Below are positions 16,748 to 24,107 of a stretch of DNA of 64,000 nt, one piece after another (position 1 is the first letter of the stretch; every line of letters starts with the position of its first letter). Source of the stretch: an uncultured Spirochaetaceae bacterium (lineage in GTDB: Bacteria; Myxococcota_A; UBA9160; UBA4427); assembly GCA_964515335.1 (NCBI GenBank), contig CAZETS010000005.1, forward strand, positions 10,174-74,173. The letters are read 5' to 3'. The notes below the pieces were generated by a model. The model did no database searches, had not been told where the DNA came from, and worked only from the letters and a program-made list of their open reading frames with translations. The position numbers and the translations under genes were made by a program.

Positions 16748-18025
16748 TCAATCCTGCCACCGCCTGAAGACCAGGCAAGCGTTCACGTCGCCGAACCCGA
16801 ACCCGGCCTTCACGAGCACGTCGAGACCCTCGAGCTCGCGCAGGGTGTGAGGAATCGATGCCTCATGGGGCTCGATCTCGGGGTGGACGTCCTCGCAGTT
16901 GATCGACGGGTGCACGAAGCCCCCGCGCACCATCAGCACCGAAGCCACACACTCGACGGCGCCGGCCGCGCCGAGCGCGTGGCCGATCATCGATTTGGTG
17001 GACGTGATGGGGGGCAGCTCGCCCGGCCCGCGGCCGAGGGCCGCCGCCCAGGAGCCGATCTCCTTCGGATCGGCGCCGGTCGCGGTGAGATGACCGTTGA
17101 TGGCGTCCACGTCGTCGGCCGGGGTGCCCGCGTCCTCGAGGGCCGCGTGGATGCAGCGGCGCACGCTCTCCGGGTTGGGGGCCGTCATGCTGCCCCCCAT
17201 CCGGTGCCCGCCGCAGTTGATCGCCTGCCCGGCCACCTCGGCGTAGATCCTTGCGCCGCGCGCCCGCGCCGACTCCTCGCTCTCGAGCATCAGCACGCCG
17301 GCCCCCGAGCCCGGCACGAAGCCGCCCGCCGAGGCGCTCATCGGGCGCGAGGCCTTCTCGGGGGCGTCGTTCGAGCCGCGGTTGAGGACCCGCATCGCGT
17401 CGAAGCCGGCCCAGATGTAGTGGCTGGCCGCCTCGGCGCCCCCGCACAGCATGCGCTGGGCGCGTCCGGCGCGGATGCGCTCCAGCCCCATCGCGATCGC
17501 CTCGGTGCCGGTGCTGCAGGCGCTCGAATTCGTCGTCACCTGGTTGCCGAGCGCGAACTGGCCCGACACCCGCGCCGAGATGCCGCTCGCCATCACCTGC
17601 TCGACGGCCGTCGACCCCAGCCGACGCGCCTTGCCGGCGTCGGTCAGCGGAACCACCCTGGCGCCGATCGTGTCCATGCCGCCGATGCCGGTGCCGAGGA
17701 TCGCACCCGTGTCCCAGTCGACCACGTCCCCGTCGCGCGCCGGGCGCTCGAGGCCGGCGTCGAGCCAGGCCTCGAGGGTGGCGAGGCTCGCGTAGCGGTG
17801 GCTCATGTTCATCGCGAGGAGCTCGTCCTCGTCGAAACGCTCGGCGACCAGCTCGTCGACGCCCTGCGGCACACCCGCCACAGTGCAGCCGAACTTGCTC
17901 TCGGCCATCTGCTCGATGTGCCGGATGCCCGACTCGCCCTTGCGGAGCGCCTCCTCGTAGTCGCCGAGCCCCACGCCGTTCGGCGCGACCACCCCCATTC
18001 CGGTGACCACCACGCGCCGTGTCAT
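16748..18025 (-). CDS. Beta-ketoacyl-ACP synthase I/II (FabB/FabF-type)
   Basis: RRVVVTGMGVVAPNG, active-site NSSACSTG, DAINGHLTAT, SMIGHALGAAG and FGFGDVNACLVF. The start MTRRV at 18025 forms an ATGA overlap with the upstream dehydratase. Confidence 0.9.
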   Translation of the reverse strand: MTRRVVVTGMGVVAPNGVGLGDYEEALRKGESGIRHIEQMAESKFGCTVAGVPQGVDELVAERFDEDELLAMNMSHRYASLATLEAWLDAGLERPARDGDVVDWDTGAILGTGIGGMDTIGARVVPLTDAGKARRLGSTAVEQVMASGISARVSGQFALGNQVTTNSSACSTGTEAIAMGLERIRAGRAQRMLCGGAEAASHYIWAGFDAMRVLNRGSNDAPEKASRPMSASAGGFVPGSGAGVLMLESEESARARGARIYAEVAGQAINCGGHRMGGSMTAPNPESVRRCIHAALEDAGTPADDVDAINGHLTATGADPKEIGSWAAALGRGPGELPPITSTKSMIGHALGAAGAVECVASVLMVRGGFVHPSINCEDVHPEIEPHEASIPHTLRELEGLDVLVKAGFGFGDVNACLVFRRWQD

Positions 18026-18507
18026 TTCGGAACCCCCATGCCGGACAGCTCGCCCGAGCAAACCACGCTGCCGTCATCGAGCTTCATCTCGACCTCGGCC
18101 CTCAGCTTCTTGCGGCGAAAGAACTTCACGCGGCCGGTCGTGGTCACCCGGTCGCCCGGCAGCACCTGGCCCGAGAAGTCGATCGTGCAGTCGGTGAACA
18201 CCGTCACGACCTTCTCGAGCTCTTCGGGCGCCACCTCGAGCGCATACAGGTAGAGGCCCTGCGCGACGACACCGGCCTGCGCCATCGTCTCGATCAGGAT
18301 CACGCCCGGCGTGATCGGGTTGCCGGGGAAGTGGCCGCGGTAGAAGTCGGCGTCCTTCGGGAACGTGTAGCTCGCCACGATGTGCTCGCGGTCGAGCTCG
18401 TGGATGGTGTCGATGAAGCGGAACGGCGCCTGCTGGGGGACGCGCGCGAGCACCTGCTCCTTCGTCAGCACCTGGGCGACGTCGCCGCTCTCCGCCCGAC
18501 TAGCCAC
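18022..18507 (-). CDS. FabZ-like hot-dog-fold 3-hydroxyacyl-ACP dehydratase
   Basis: PFRFIDTIHELDREH...YRGHFPGNPITPGVILIETMAQAG is the FabZ catalytic His/Glu context. The GTG start overlaps the fabG stop by 8 nt. Confidence 0.8.
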   Translation of the reverse strand: MASRAESGDVAQVLTKEQVLARVPQQAPFRFIDTIHELDREHIVASYTFPKDADFYRGHFPGNPITPGVILIETMAQAGVVAQGLYLYALEVAPEELEKVVTVFTDCTIDFSGQVLPGDRVTTTGRVKFFRRKKLRAEVEMKLDDGSVVCSGELSGMGVPK

Positions 18508-19228
18508 CGTACATGCCCCCGTTCACGTGGATCACCGTGCCGTTCACGTAGCTGCCGCGGTTGGCGAGGAACGAGACGACGTCGGCGACCTCTTCGGCGG
18601 TCCCCATCCGGCCCTGCGGGATGCGCGAGAGGATCGCGCCCTTCACCTCGTCGGGCAGCTCGTCGGTCATGTCCGTGTCGATGAAGCCCGGCGCCACCGA
18701 GTTGACGAGGATCTCGCGACCGGCCAGCTCCTGGGAGAGCGACTTGGTGAACGCATCGAGGCCGGCCTTCGCCATCGTGTACGGGATCTGGCCAGGATTG
18801 CCGGTGTGGCCGACCACGCTCGAGATGTTGATGATGCGCCCGGCCGACTTGCGGAACATGAAGCGGCGCAGCACCAGCTTGGTGAGGTACCAGGTGCCGC
18901 GCGCCAGACCCGCCACCGCGTCGTACTGCTCGAGGTTCATCGTCAACATGGGAGCGTTGACGTTGTAGCCCGCGTTGTTGACGAGCACGTCCACACGGCC
19001 GGCTTCTTCCTTGATGGTCTTGATGACCGCGTCGACCTGCTCGGCATCGGCGAGATCGCCCTGCAAGCCGAACGACTCCGGCAGCTCGGCCATCAGCTTC
19101 CGGGCCTTCTCCTCGCTCGAGCGGTAGTGGACCGCCACCCGGTAGCCGTCCGCAGCAAGGCGACGCGCGCAGGCGGCGCCGATGCCGGTGGCGGCGCCGG
19201 TGACGAGGGCGACGGGCAGGTCGCTCAT
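18500..19228 (-). CDS. fabG: 3-oxoacyl-ACP reductase (SDR)
   Basis: VALVTGAATGIGAA (TGxxxGxG), NNAG, and the S...YxxxK triad (ISSVVG...YTMAKAGL). Confidence 0.9.
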   Translation of the reverse strand: MSDLPVALVTGAATGIGAACARRLAADGYRVAVHYRSSEEKARKLMAELPESFGLQGDLADAEQVDAVIKTIKEEAGRVDVLVNNAGYNVNAPMLTMNLEQYDAVAGLARGTWYLTKLVLRRFMFRKSAGRIINISSVVGHTGNPGQIPYTMAKAGLDAFTKSLSQELAGREILVNSVAPGFIDTDMTDELPDEVKGAILSRIPQGRMGTAEEVADVVSFLANRGSYVNGTVIHVNGGMYGG

Positions 19229-19818
19229 CGCTCCATCCTCCCGCCGCGCGAGCGCTCGGAGGCCAGCGGGTAGTCGGGGTAGTCGATGTCGCGGAAGAGC
19301 CCGACACGCGCGCCCTTCACGGTGTAGATCTCGTCGTCGTCGACGAACAGGCTCGCGTCGCCGATCACCATGGAGGCGCCGGCGTTCTGCAGCTCGGTGT
19401 AGCGCTTCACCTTGATCTCGTAACGAATCACCGAATCGTGGGGGCGGATCTGCCCGAAGAACTCCACCTCCCCGCAGCCGAGCGCGCGGCCGCTGCCGAG
19501 CCCGCCGCGCCAGTTGCAGTAGAAGCCGAGCAACTGCCAGATGCCGTCGAGGCCGAGACAGCCCGGTTGGACCGGATCACCCTGGAAGTGGCACTGGAAG
19601 AACCAGTCGTCGAGGTTGACGTCGCGCTCGGCCACGATGCGCCCGCGCGGCCCCTTCGCGCTGATCTCGAGCACGCGATCGACCATCAGCATCGGAGGCG
19701 TCGGCAGCCTGGCCTTGAGGGCCTCGGGCGCATCCTTGACGAGCCGACCGTACGCGAAGGCCAGCAGCTCGGGCTTCGCGAAGTGATCGCGCGCCTTGAA
19801 CTCCTCGTAGGTCATCAT
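19225..19818 (-). CDS. fabA: FabA-type 3-hydroxyacyl-ACP dehydratase/isomerase
   Basis: LPTPPMLMVDRV...DDWFFQCHFQGDPVQPGCLGLDGIWQLLGFYCNWRGG...GRALGCGEVEFFGQI is almost collinear with the E. coli FabA core [34 protein letters not shown]. It has ATGA overlaps at both ends. Confidence 0.85.
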   Translation of the reverse strand: MMTYEEFKARDHFAKPELLAFAYGRLVKDAPEALKARLPTPPMLMVDRVLEISAKGPRGRIVAERDVNLDDWFFQCHFQGDPVQPGCLGLDGIWQLLGFYCNWRGGLGSGRALGCGEVEFFGQIRPHDSVIRYEIKVKRYTELQNAGASMVIGDASLFVDDDEIYTVKGARVGLFRDIDYPDYPLASERSRGGRMER

Positions 19819-20810
19819 GACCCGGCACCCGCGTCGAACCGCAGCAGATACGACGACCAGGTGAGCCCCGAGCCGACGCCCACTACCGCGATGTCGTCGT
19901 CGGCACGCCACTTGTCCCACATCTGCGAGACCACCGATCCCGAGCTCGCCGCCCCGGTGTTGCCGTACCACTCGGCGTTGCTGTGGTGCCGGTCGGAGGG
20001 GATATCGCAGCGCTTGCAGACGGCCTCGAGCATGCGCAGGTTGGCCTGGTGGCCGACGAAGTGCAGCCGCCGATCGCCGCCGTCGTGCTCTTCCTTGATG
20101 GCGTTGTAGAGCAGCGCCGTCTTCTTGATGGCGAACATCTGGACGGTGCGGCCCTCCTGCTCGAAGTAGCCCTCGCGCGGGATCAGCACCTTGTCGTTGC
20201 CCGCCGGACTCGACTCGAGCCGCGTCGAGACGATCTCGGCGCGGCCCTTGCGGCGCGGCGAGAGCACCGCCGCGAGGCCCGCGTCGCCCCACAGCACCGC
20301 GGCGGCGCGATCCGAATAATCGACGGTGCGCGTCATCGACTCCATGGAGACCAGCAGCACGTAGTCGGGCAGCGCGTCGGGCCGCATCATGTCGAGCATG
20401 TGCAGGCCGGCGAGGAAGCTCGTACAGGCCGAGTTCACGTCGACCGCAGGCGCCTCGATGTCGAGCGCGCGCGCGAGGTTGCAGGCCTCGGCGGGCGATA
20501 CCGTGTCGGGCGCACAGCTGCCGCCGATCACCAGGCCGACGTCCGAGGCGGAGATACCGGCCCGCTCGAGGGCAAGGCGGGCGGCCCGTGCTCCGAGTTC
20601 GGCGTTCGAGTGCTCGGCCGCCTCGGCGGCCGCGCGGGTCTCGGCGTTGCGGGTCTCGCGGATGTAGTCGAGCGGCAGCACGGTGCGCCGGGCCCGGATG
20701 CCGACCCGTTCCATCACCCACTGGTCGCTGGTCCCGATGTCGAGCGACTCGAGGAAGGCGTTCGTGATTTCGTTCTCGGGATGGAAGTGCCCGAGCCCCA
20801 GGAGATTCAA
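19815..20810 (-). CDS. fabH: Beta-ketoacyl-ACP synthase III (FabH-like)
   Basis: ITNAFLESLDIGTSDQWVMERVGIRARR, VNSACTSFLAGL (Cys), FVGHQANLRM (His), YGNTGAASSG (Asn). TTG start at 20810, preceded by GGAGG 8 nt upstream. Confidence 0.85.
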   Translation of the reverse strand: MNLLGLGHFHPENEITNAFLESLDIGTSDQWVMERVGIRARRTVLPLDYIRETRNAETRAAAEAAEHSNAELGARAARLALERAGISASDVGLVIGGSCAPDTVSPAEACNLARALDIEAPAVDVNSACTSFLAGLHMLDMMRPDALPDYVLLVSMESMTRTVDYSDRAAAVLWGDAGLAAVLSPRRKGRAEIVSTRLESSPAGNDKVLIPREGYFEQEGRTVQMFAIKKTALLYNAIKEEHDGGDRRLHFVGHQANLRMLEAVCKRCDIPSDRHHSNAEWYGNTGAASSGSVVSQMWDKWRADDDIAVVGVGSGLTWSSYLLRFDAGAGS

Positions 20811-21115
20811 CGTGAATCCCTCCTCGACTGTGGCAGTCCGCTACGGGACGCCTCGTGCCACCCGCTTGGCGTGTCGGGAACCTCCATCGACGCTGCGTCC
20901 ACCTCTCCCGGCCAGCTCCGCTTCATGCACACCGAGTCGAGGGCCGCCAAGCCGCGCCCCCGGCGTTCTGCTCCGACGGGGATCATGTTTCCCCGCTGCG
21001 CGACCCACACCGGGGCCCACCGACACCAAGCCATCGAGCCCTGACCGGGATTCCCTCACGGGAACGCAGCCAGGCCGAACTTAGCCCCGCAAGGGCCCGT
21101 TTTGGCGGGACCCAA

Positions 21116-21133
21116 TGCAAATGTCCTGCAAAT
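21116..21133. promoter_or_regulatory. Direct heptamer repeat TGCAAAT x2 (11-bp period) in the lowest-GC patch of the dinG/fabH intergenic region
   Basis: TGCAAAT occurs at 21116-21122 and 21127-21133, about 310 nt upstream of the fabH-like start. Its function is unknown. Confidence 0.2.
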
Positions 21134-21167
21134 TCTCGCCGAACGGATCGACTACCCCGGGCGCTGA

Positions 21168-24107
21168 TTATGACTTGGAGTCACACCCCGTCAACGCAGC
21201 GCCGAGCTGCACCTCGGTGGCCAGCTCGACCAGCTCGCCGGGCCCGATCCAGTGGACCTCGGTTCCCGCGGGGAATGCGTCGCCGAGGCGGCGCGAGTAG
21301 CCCCGCGAGCCCCGCGGCTCGACGATCACCACGATGCCCCGGTCGCTCTCGCCGCGGATCAGCCGGCCCGCCATCTGCTTGAGGTGCAGCAGCATCTTGC
21401 CGAGCCGGTAACGCTCGAAGGCGTTCACCCCGAGGTCGCGGATGCGGGCCTCGCGGCGGCGGCGAAGCTCGGTCGGCACCTCGAAGGGGAGCTTCTCGAT
21501 CACCACCGCCTGCAGGTCGTCGCCCGGGATGTCGACGCCCTGCCAGAAGGTTCGCGCCCCCAGCAGCACGGCGCCGCCGGGCGCGCCGCGGAAGCGACGG
21601 ACCAGCCCGGCCGGGTCGGCGGCGGCGCGCTGCGGCCACAGCACCTCGATACCGTCGCGAGCGAGCTCGACCTCGAGTCGCTCGGCGACTTCGCGCATGC
21701 GCCGGAGACTCGTGAACAGGCCCAGTGTGCGACCGCCCAGCCGGCGCGCCAGCAGGGCGATCGCCTCGGCGGTGCGGGGCACCAGCTCGTCGGGGCCCTG
21801 CGGATCGGGCAGGGCGGCGATCCGCATGTTGCTCGCGTAGTCGAAGGGGCTCGCGACCGACAGGCGATCGACCCCGAAAGCGGTGCGCTCCTCGAGTTCG
21901 AGCTCGCCGAGCGCCGCGAAGGCGTCGCCGCCCACGAACAGGCTCGCCGAGACCGCCGCGAAAGAGTCCCGGCCCTCCAGGAACTGGCGATGGAAGGAGC
22001 CCGCCGGCGATACGGGCCGAAGGGCCAGCAGCCAGCGGTCGTAGGGGACGACCAGTCGATCGAAGGCCGCGACGACTTCGGCCGCGTCGGCGCCGAACGC
22101 CGTGCGCAGCGCCTCCGCGGACTCGCGCAGCGCGCTCGCGTTGCGCTGCACGGCCGTCGGACCGTCGCCGACCGCCGTCGGCGCCTCGTCGAACGACCAC
22201 TCGGCGCGCGCGTCCAGCTCGTCGGCGAGCCTCGCCAACGACTCGAGCCGCCCGGCCGCCGCATCCGCGGCCTGCGCGGCGGCGGGAAACAACGCGTCGG
22301 CGGCCTCCGGCAGCTCGACCTCGCCGTACTCGCCCGCGCGCGCCGAGACGGTGCGCCCGATCGTGCCCAGATCGAGGGCCAGCTCGCGGCGGGTGTCGCG
22401 CACGGTCTTCTGCGCCTCGAGGCGCTGCTTGCGGGGCAGCAGCGCCGCGGCCGGCTCGGCGCCGTTCGCGGCCGGCGAAACGCCGAACACCTCGTCGATG
22501 CGTTCCATCAGCTCTTCGGGCCGCACCACCTGGCTGTAGACGTCGTCGGCCACGCCAGCGAGCTCGTGTCCCTCGTCGGCGATCACGTGACCCACGCGCG
22601 GGTAATCGGGCGGCCAGCGCAGCAGCAGGTCGTGGTTGGCGACCACCAGATGCGCCTTCGCGAGCGCGGCGCGGCGCTGCCCGAAGGGGCAGCGTTTGCG
22701 ATGCGCGCACTCCTCGCGGCTGCACTGCTCGGCACGTTGCGCGACCGAGCCGCGCACCAGGTCGCGCAGCAGCGGATGACGCGACAGCAGCGAAGCGGGC
22801 AGCGCCCCCACCTCGCCGGCCGACCGGTTGCGCGCGCAGCCGAGCAGCGTCGCGAAGGCGAGCCGATCCTCCTCGAGCAGCTCGCCATCACCGCCGCGGG
22901 CGAGCGTCTCCTGCAGCCGCTTCTCGCACACGTAGTTGGCGCGGCCCTTGATGGAGAGCGCCCGCAGATCGGCATGGCCCAGCATGCGGGCCGCAGCCGC
23001 GATGTCGTTCTCGAGCAGCTGGTCCTGGAGCAGCTTCGTGCGCGTCGAGACGACCACCGGGTCACGCTCGCCCTCCGCGGCGCGCGCCATCACGAAGGGA
23101 ATCGCGGCGGCCAGATAGGCGAGCGACTTCCCGACGCCGGTGCCGCCCTCGAGGAGCAGCGTGCCGCCGCCGGCGAGATTGCGGTGGAAGCCGCGCATCA
23201 GCTCCACCTGCTCGGCGCGCGCCCGGTAGCCGGGGAAGTGGCGGCGCCCGCGCGCTTCGTCGAGCAGCACCGCCGCGATCGCGTCCGCGTCGAAGGGCAC
23301 CGGCGGCTCGTCGCTCTCGCCGATCGCGAGAAACTGCGGCTCGTCGTGGTCGTCGGCCGAGTGCGGGGCGGAGAGCAACGCGAGCCACGGCGAGCCGGGC
23401 ACGAAGCGGCGCAGCGCGCGGGCCGCGACGCGGTAGCGCCGGGCCGCGGCCGATTCGGCGACGCGGCACAGCACGGCGAGCAGGTCGACGGCGGCCTCGC
23501 CCGCGCGGGGGCGCGCGGGCCGCTCGAGGACGCGCAGCGTCAACGCGTCGAAGCTCGAGTCGCGGACGTCGGGATGGGCGAGGGAGACGAGGTCGCGCGT
23601 GTCGAGGCAGGCGGCGCGGGCGAGCGCAGGCGAGATCTCGCGCGCGAGGAAGGGGCGCACGGCGCCCTCGTCGTGGACGACGAGGCGTCGTCCCTTCAGC
23701 GCGTCCCGAAGGTGGGGCGCTGCATCTTCGATGGCGGGCGCCGACGCGAGGTCGTCGGTGGTCAGGCCGATGCGCTCGGCCGCAGCGGCCGGACGACCGT
23801 CGCGCACGCGCAGCGGCGTGGAGAGCAAGCGCGGCGCCTCCCCGCCGGCCCCGTCGACCAGCACGAGACCGATCTCGAGGATCGCGGACGAACGCGAGTC
23901 GGCGGAGCCCGTCGTGACGAGAGCCACGACGGCGAGCGGCCCGACCGCCTCGACGAGCGGCGCCAGCGTACCGCCCACCGCGTCCGCGGCGGCCACGTGG
24001 ACGCCGTCCGCGCCGGCGAGCGGCGCGCTCTTCAGCTCGGCACGGTTCCGCGCCGGCTCCCGGGCACCCGGCTCGCCGTCAGACGTAGATCCCGCCCTTG
24101 AAGTCAC
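21168..24107 (-). CDS. dinG: DinG/Rad3-family ATP-dependent helicase with an N-terminal DnaQ-like (degenerate) exonuclease domain
   Basis: Walker A LLLEGGTGVGKSLAYL, a DEAH-like box VIADEGHEL, a Cys cluster (YVCEKR...GCARN...CSREECAHRKRCPFG), and C-terminal GRLIRGESDRGIVVIVEPR. The N-terminus reads VVALVTTG...ILEIG. The start overlaps the upstream gene by 29 nt and may lie further in. Confidence 0.85.
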   Translation of the reverse strand: MTSRAGSTSDGEPGAREPARNRAELKSAPLAGADGVHVAAADAVGGTLAPLVEAVGPLAVVALVTTGSADSRSSAILEIGLVLVDGAGGEAPRLLSTPLRVRDGRPAAAAERIGLTTDDLASAPAIEDAAPHLRDALKGRRLVVHDEGAVRPFLAREISPALARAACLDTRDLVSLAHPDVRDSSFDALTLRVLERPARPRAGEAAVDLLAVLCRVAESAAARRYRVAARALRRFVPGSPWLALLSAPHSADDHDEPQFLAIGESDEPPVPFDADAIAAVLLDEARGRRHFPGYRARAEQVELMRGFHRNLAGGGTLLLEGGTGVGKSLAYLAAAIPFVMARAAEGERDPVVVSTRTKLLQDQLLENDIAAAARMLGHADLRALSIKGRANYVCEKRLQETLARGGDGELLEEDRLAFATLLGCARNRSAGEVGALPASLLSRHPLLRDLVRGSVAQRAEQCSREECAHRKRCPFGQRRAALAKAHLVVANHDLLLRWPPDYPRVGHVIADEGHELAGVADDVYSQVVRPEELMERIDEVFGVSPAANGAEPAAALLPRKQRLEAQKTVRDTRRELALDLGTIGRTVSARAGEYGEVELPEAADALFPAAAQAADAAAGRLESLARLADELDARAEWSFDEAPTAVGDGPTAVQRNASALRESAEALRTAFGADAAEVVAAFDRLVVPYDRWLLALRPVSPAGSFHRQFLEGRDSFAAVSASLFVGGDAFAALGELELEERTAFGVDRLSVASPFDYASNMRIAALPDPQGPDELVPRTAEAIALLARRLGGRTLGLFTSLRRMREVAERLEVELARDGIEVLWPQRAAADPAGLVRRFRGAPGGAVLLGARTFWQGVDIPGDDLQAVVIEKLPFEVPTELRRRREARIRDLGVNAFERYRLGKMLLHLKQMAGRLIRGESDRGIVVIVEPRGSRGYSRRLGDAFPAGTEVHWIGPGELVELATEVQLGAALTGCDSKS

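Noticed and set aside
7726-20810. The lipid operon interpreted as an aryl-polyene, PUFA-synthase or rhizobial AcpXL/LpxXL cluster
   Set aside because: For an aryl-polyene cluster it lacks a chain-length-factor KS, an adenylating or ammonia-lyase starter enzyme, a thioesterase and LolA/MMPL export genes. It has no multidomain Pfa-type synthase. Compared with the AcpXL cluster it adds FabH, FabA, FabG, PlsC, a PPTase and a giant carboxylase, and it has only one elongating KS. It is therefore reported as related in logic but not assignable to any of these.
21116-21133. TGCAAAT repeats read as a sigma-54 (-24/-12) promoter
   Set aside because: The GG-to-GC spacing in ...GCAGGACATTTGCAT... is about 8 nt rather than the roughly 12 nt of the TGGCAC-N5-TTGCA consensus, and the -24 element is poor.
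21252-24101. A 949-aa plus-strand ORF covering the whole dinG locus
   Set aside because: It is antisense to a gene with clear helicase motifs. It has no recognisable domain and is a GC-driven artefact. The same reasoning applies to 16295-18253(+), 24608-25621(-), 34539-36485(-), 47216-48934(-), 54592-56457(+), 56616-58664(+) and 60004-61719(+).
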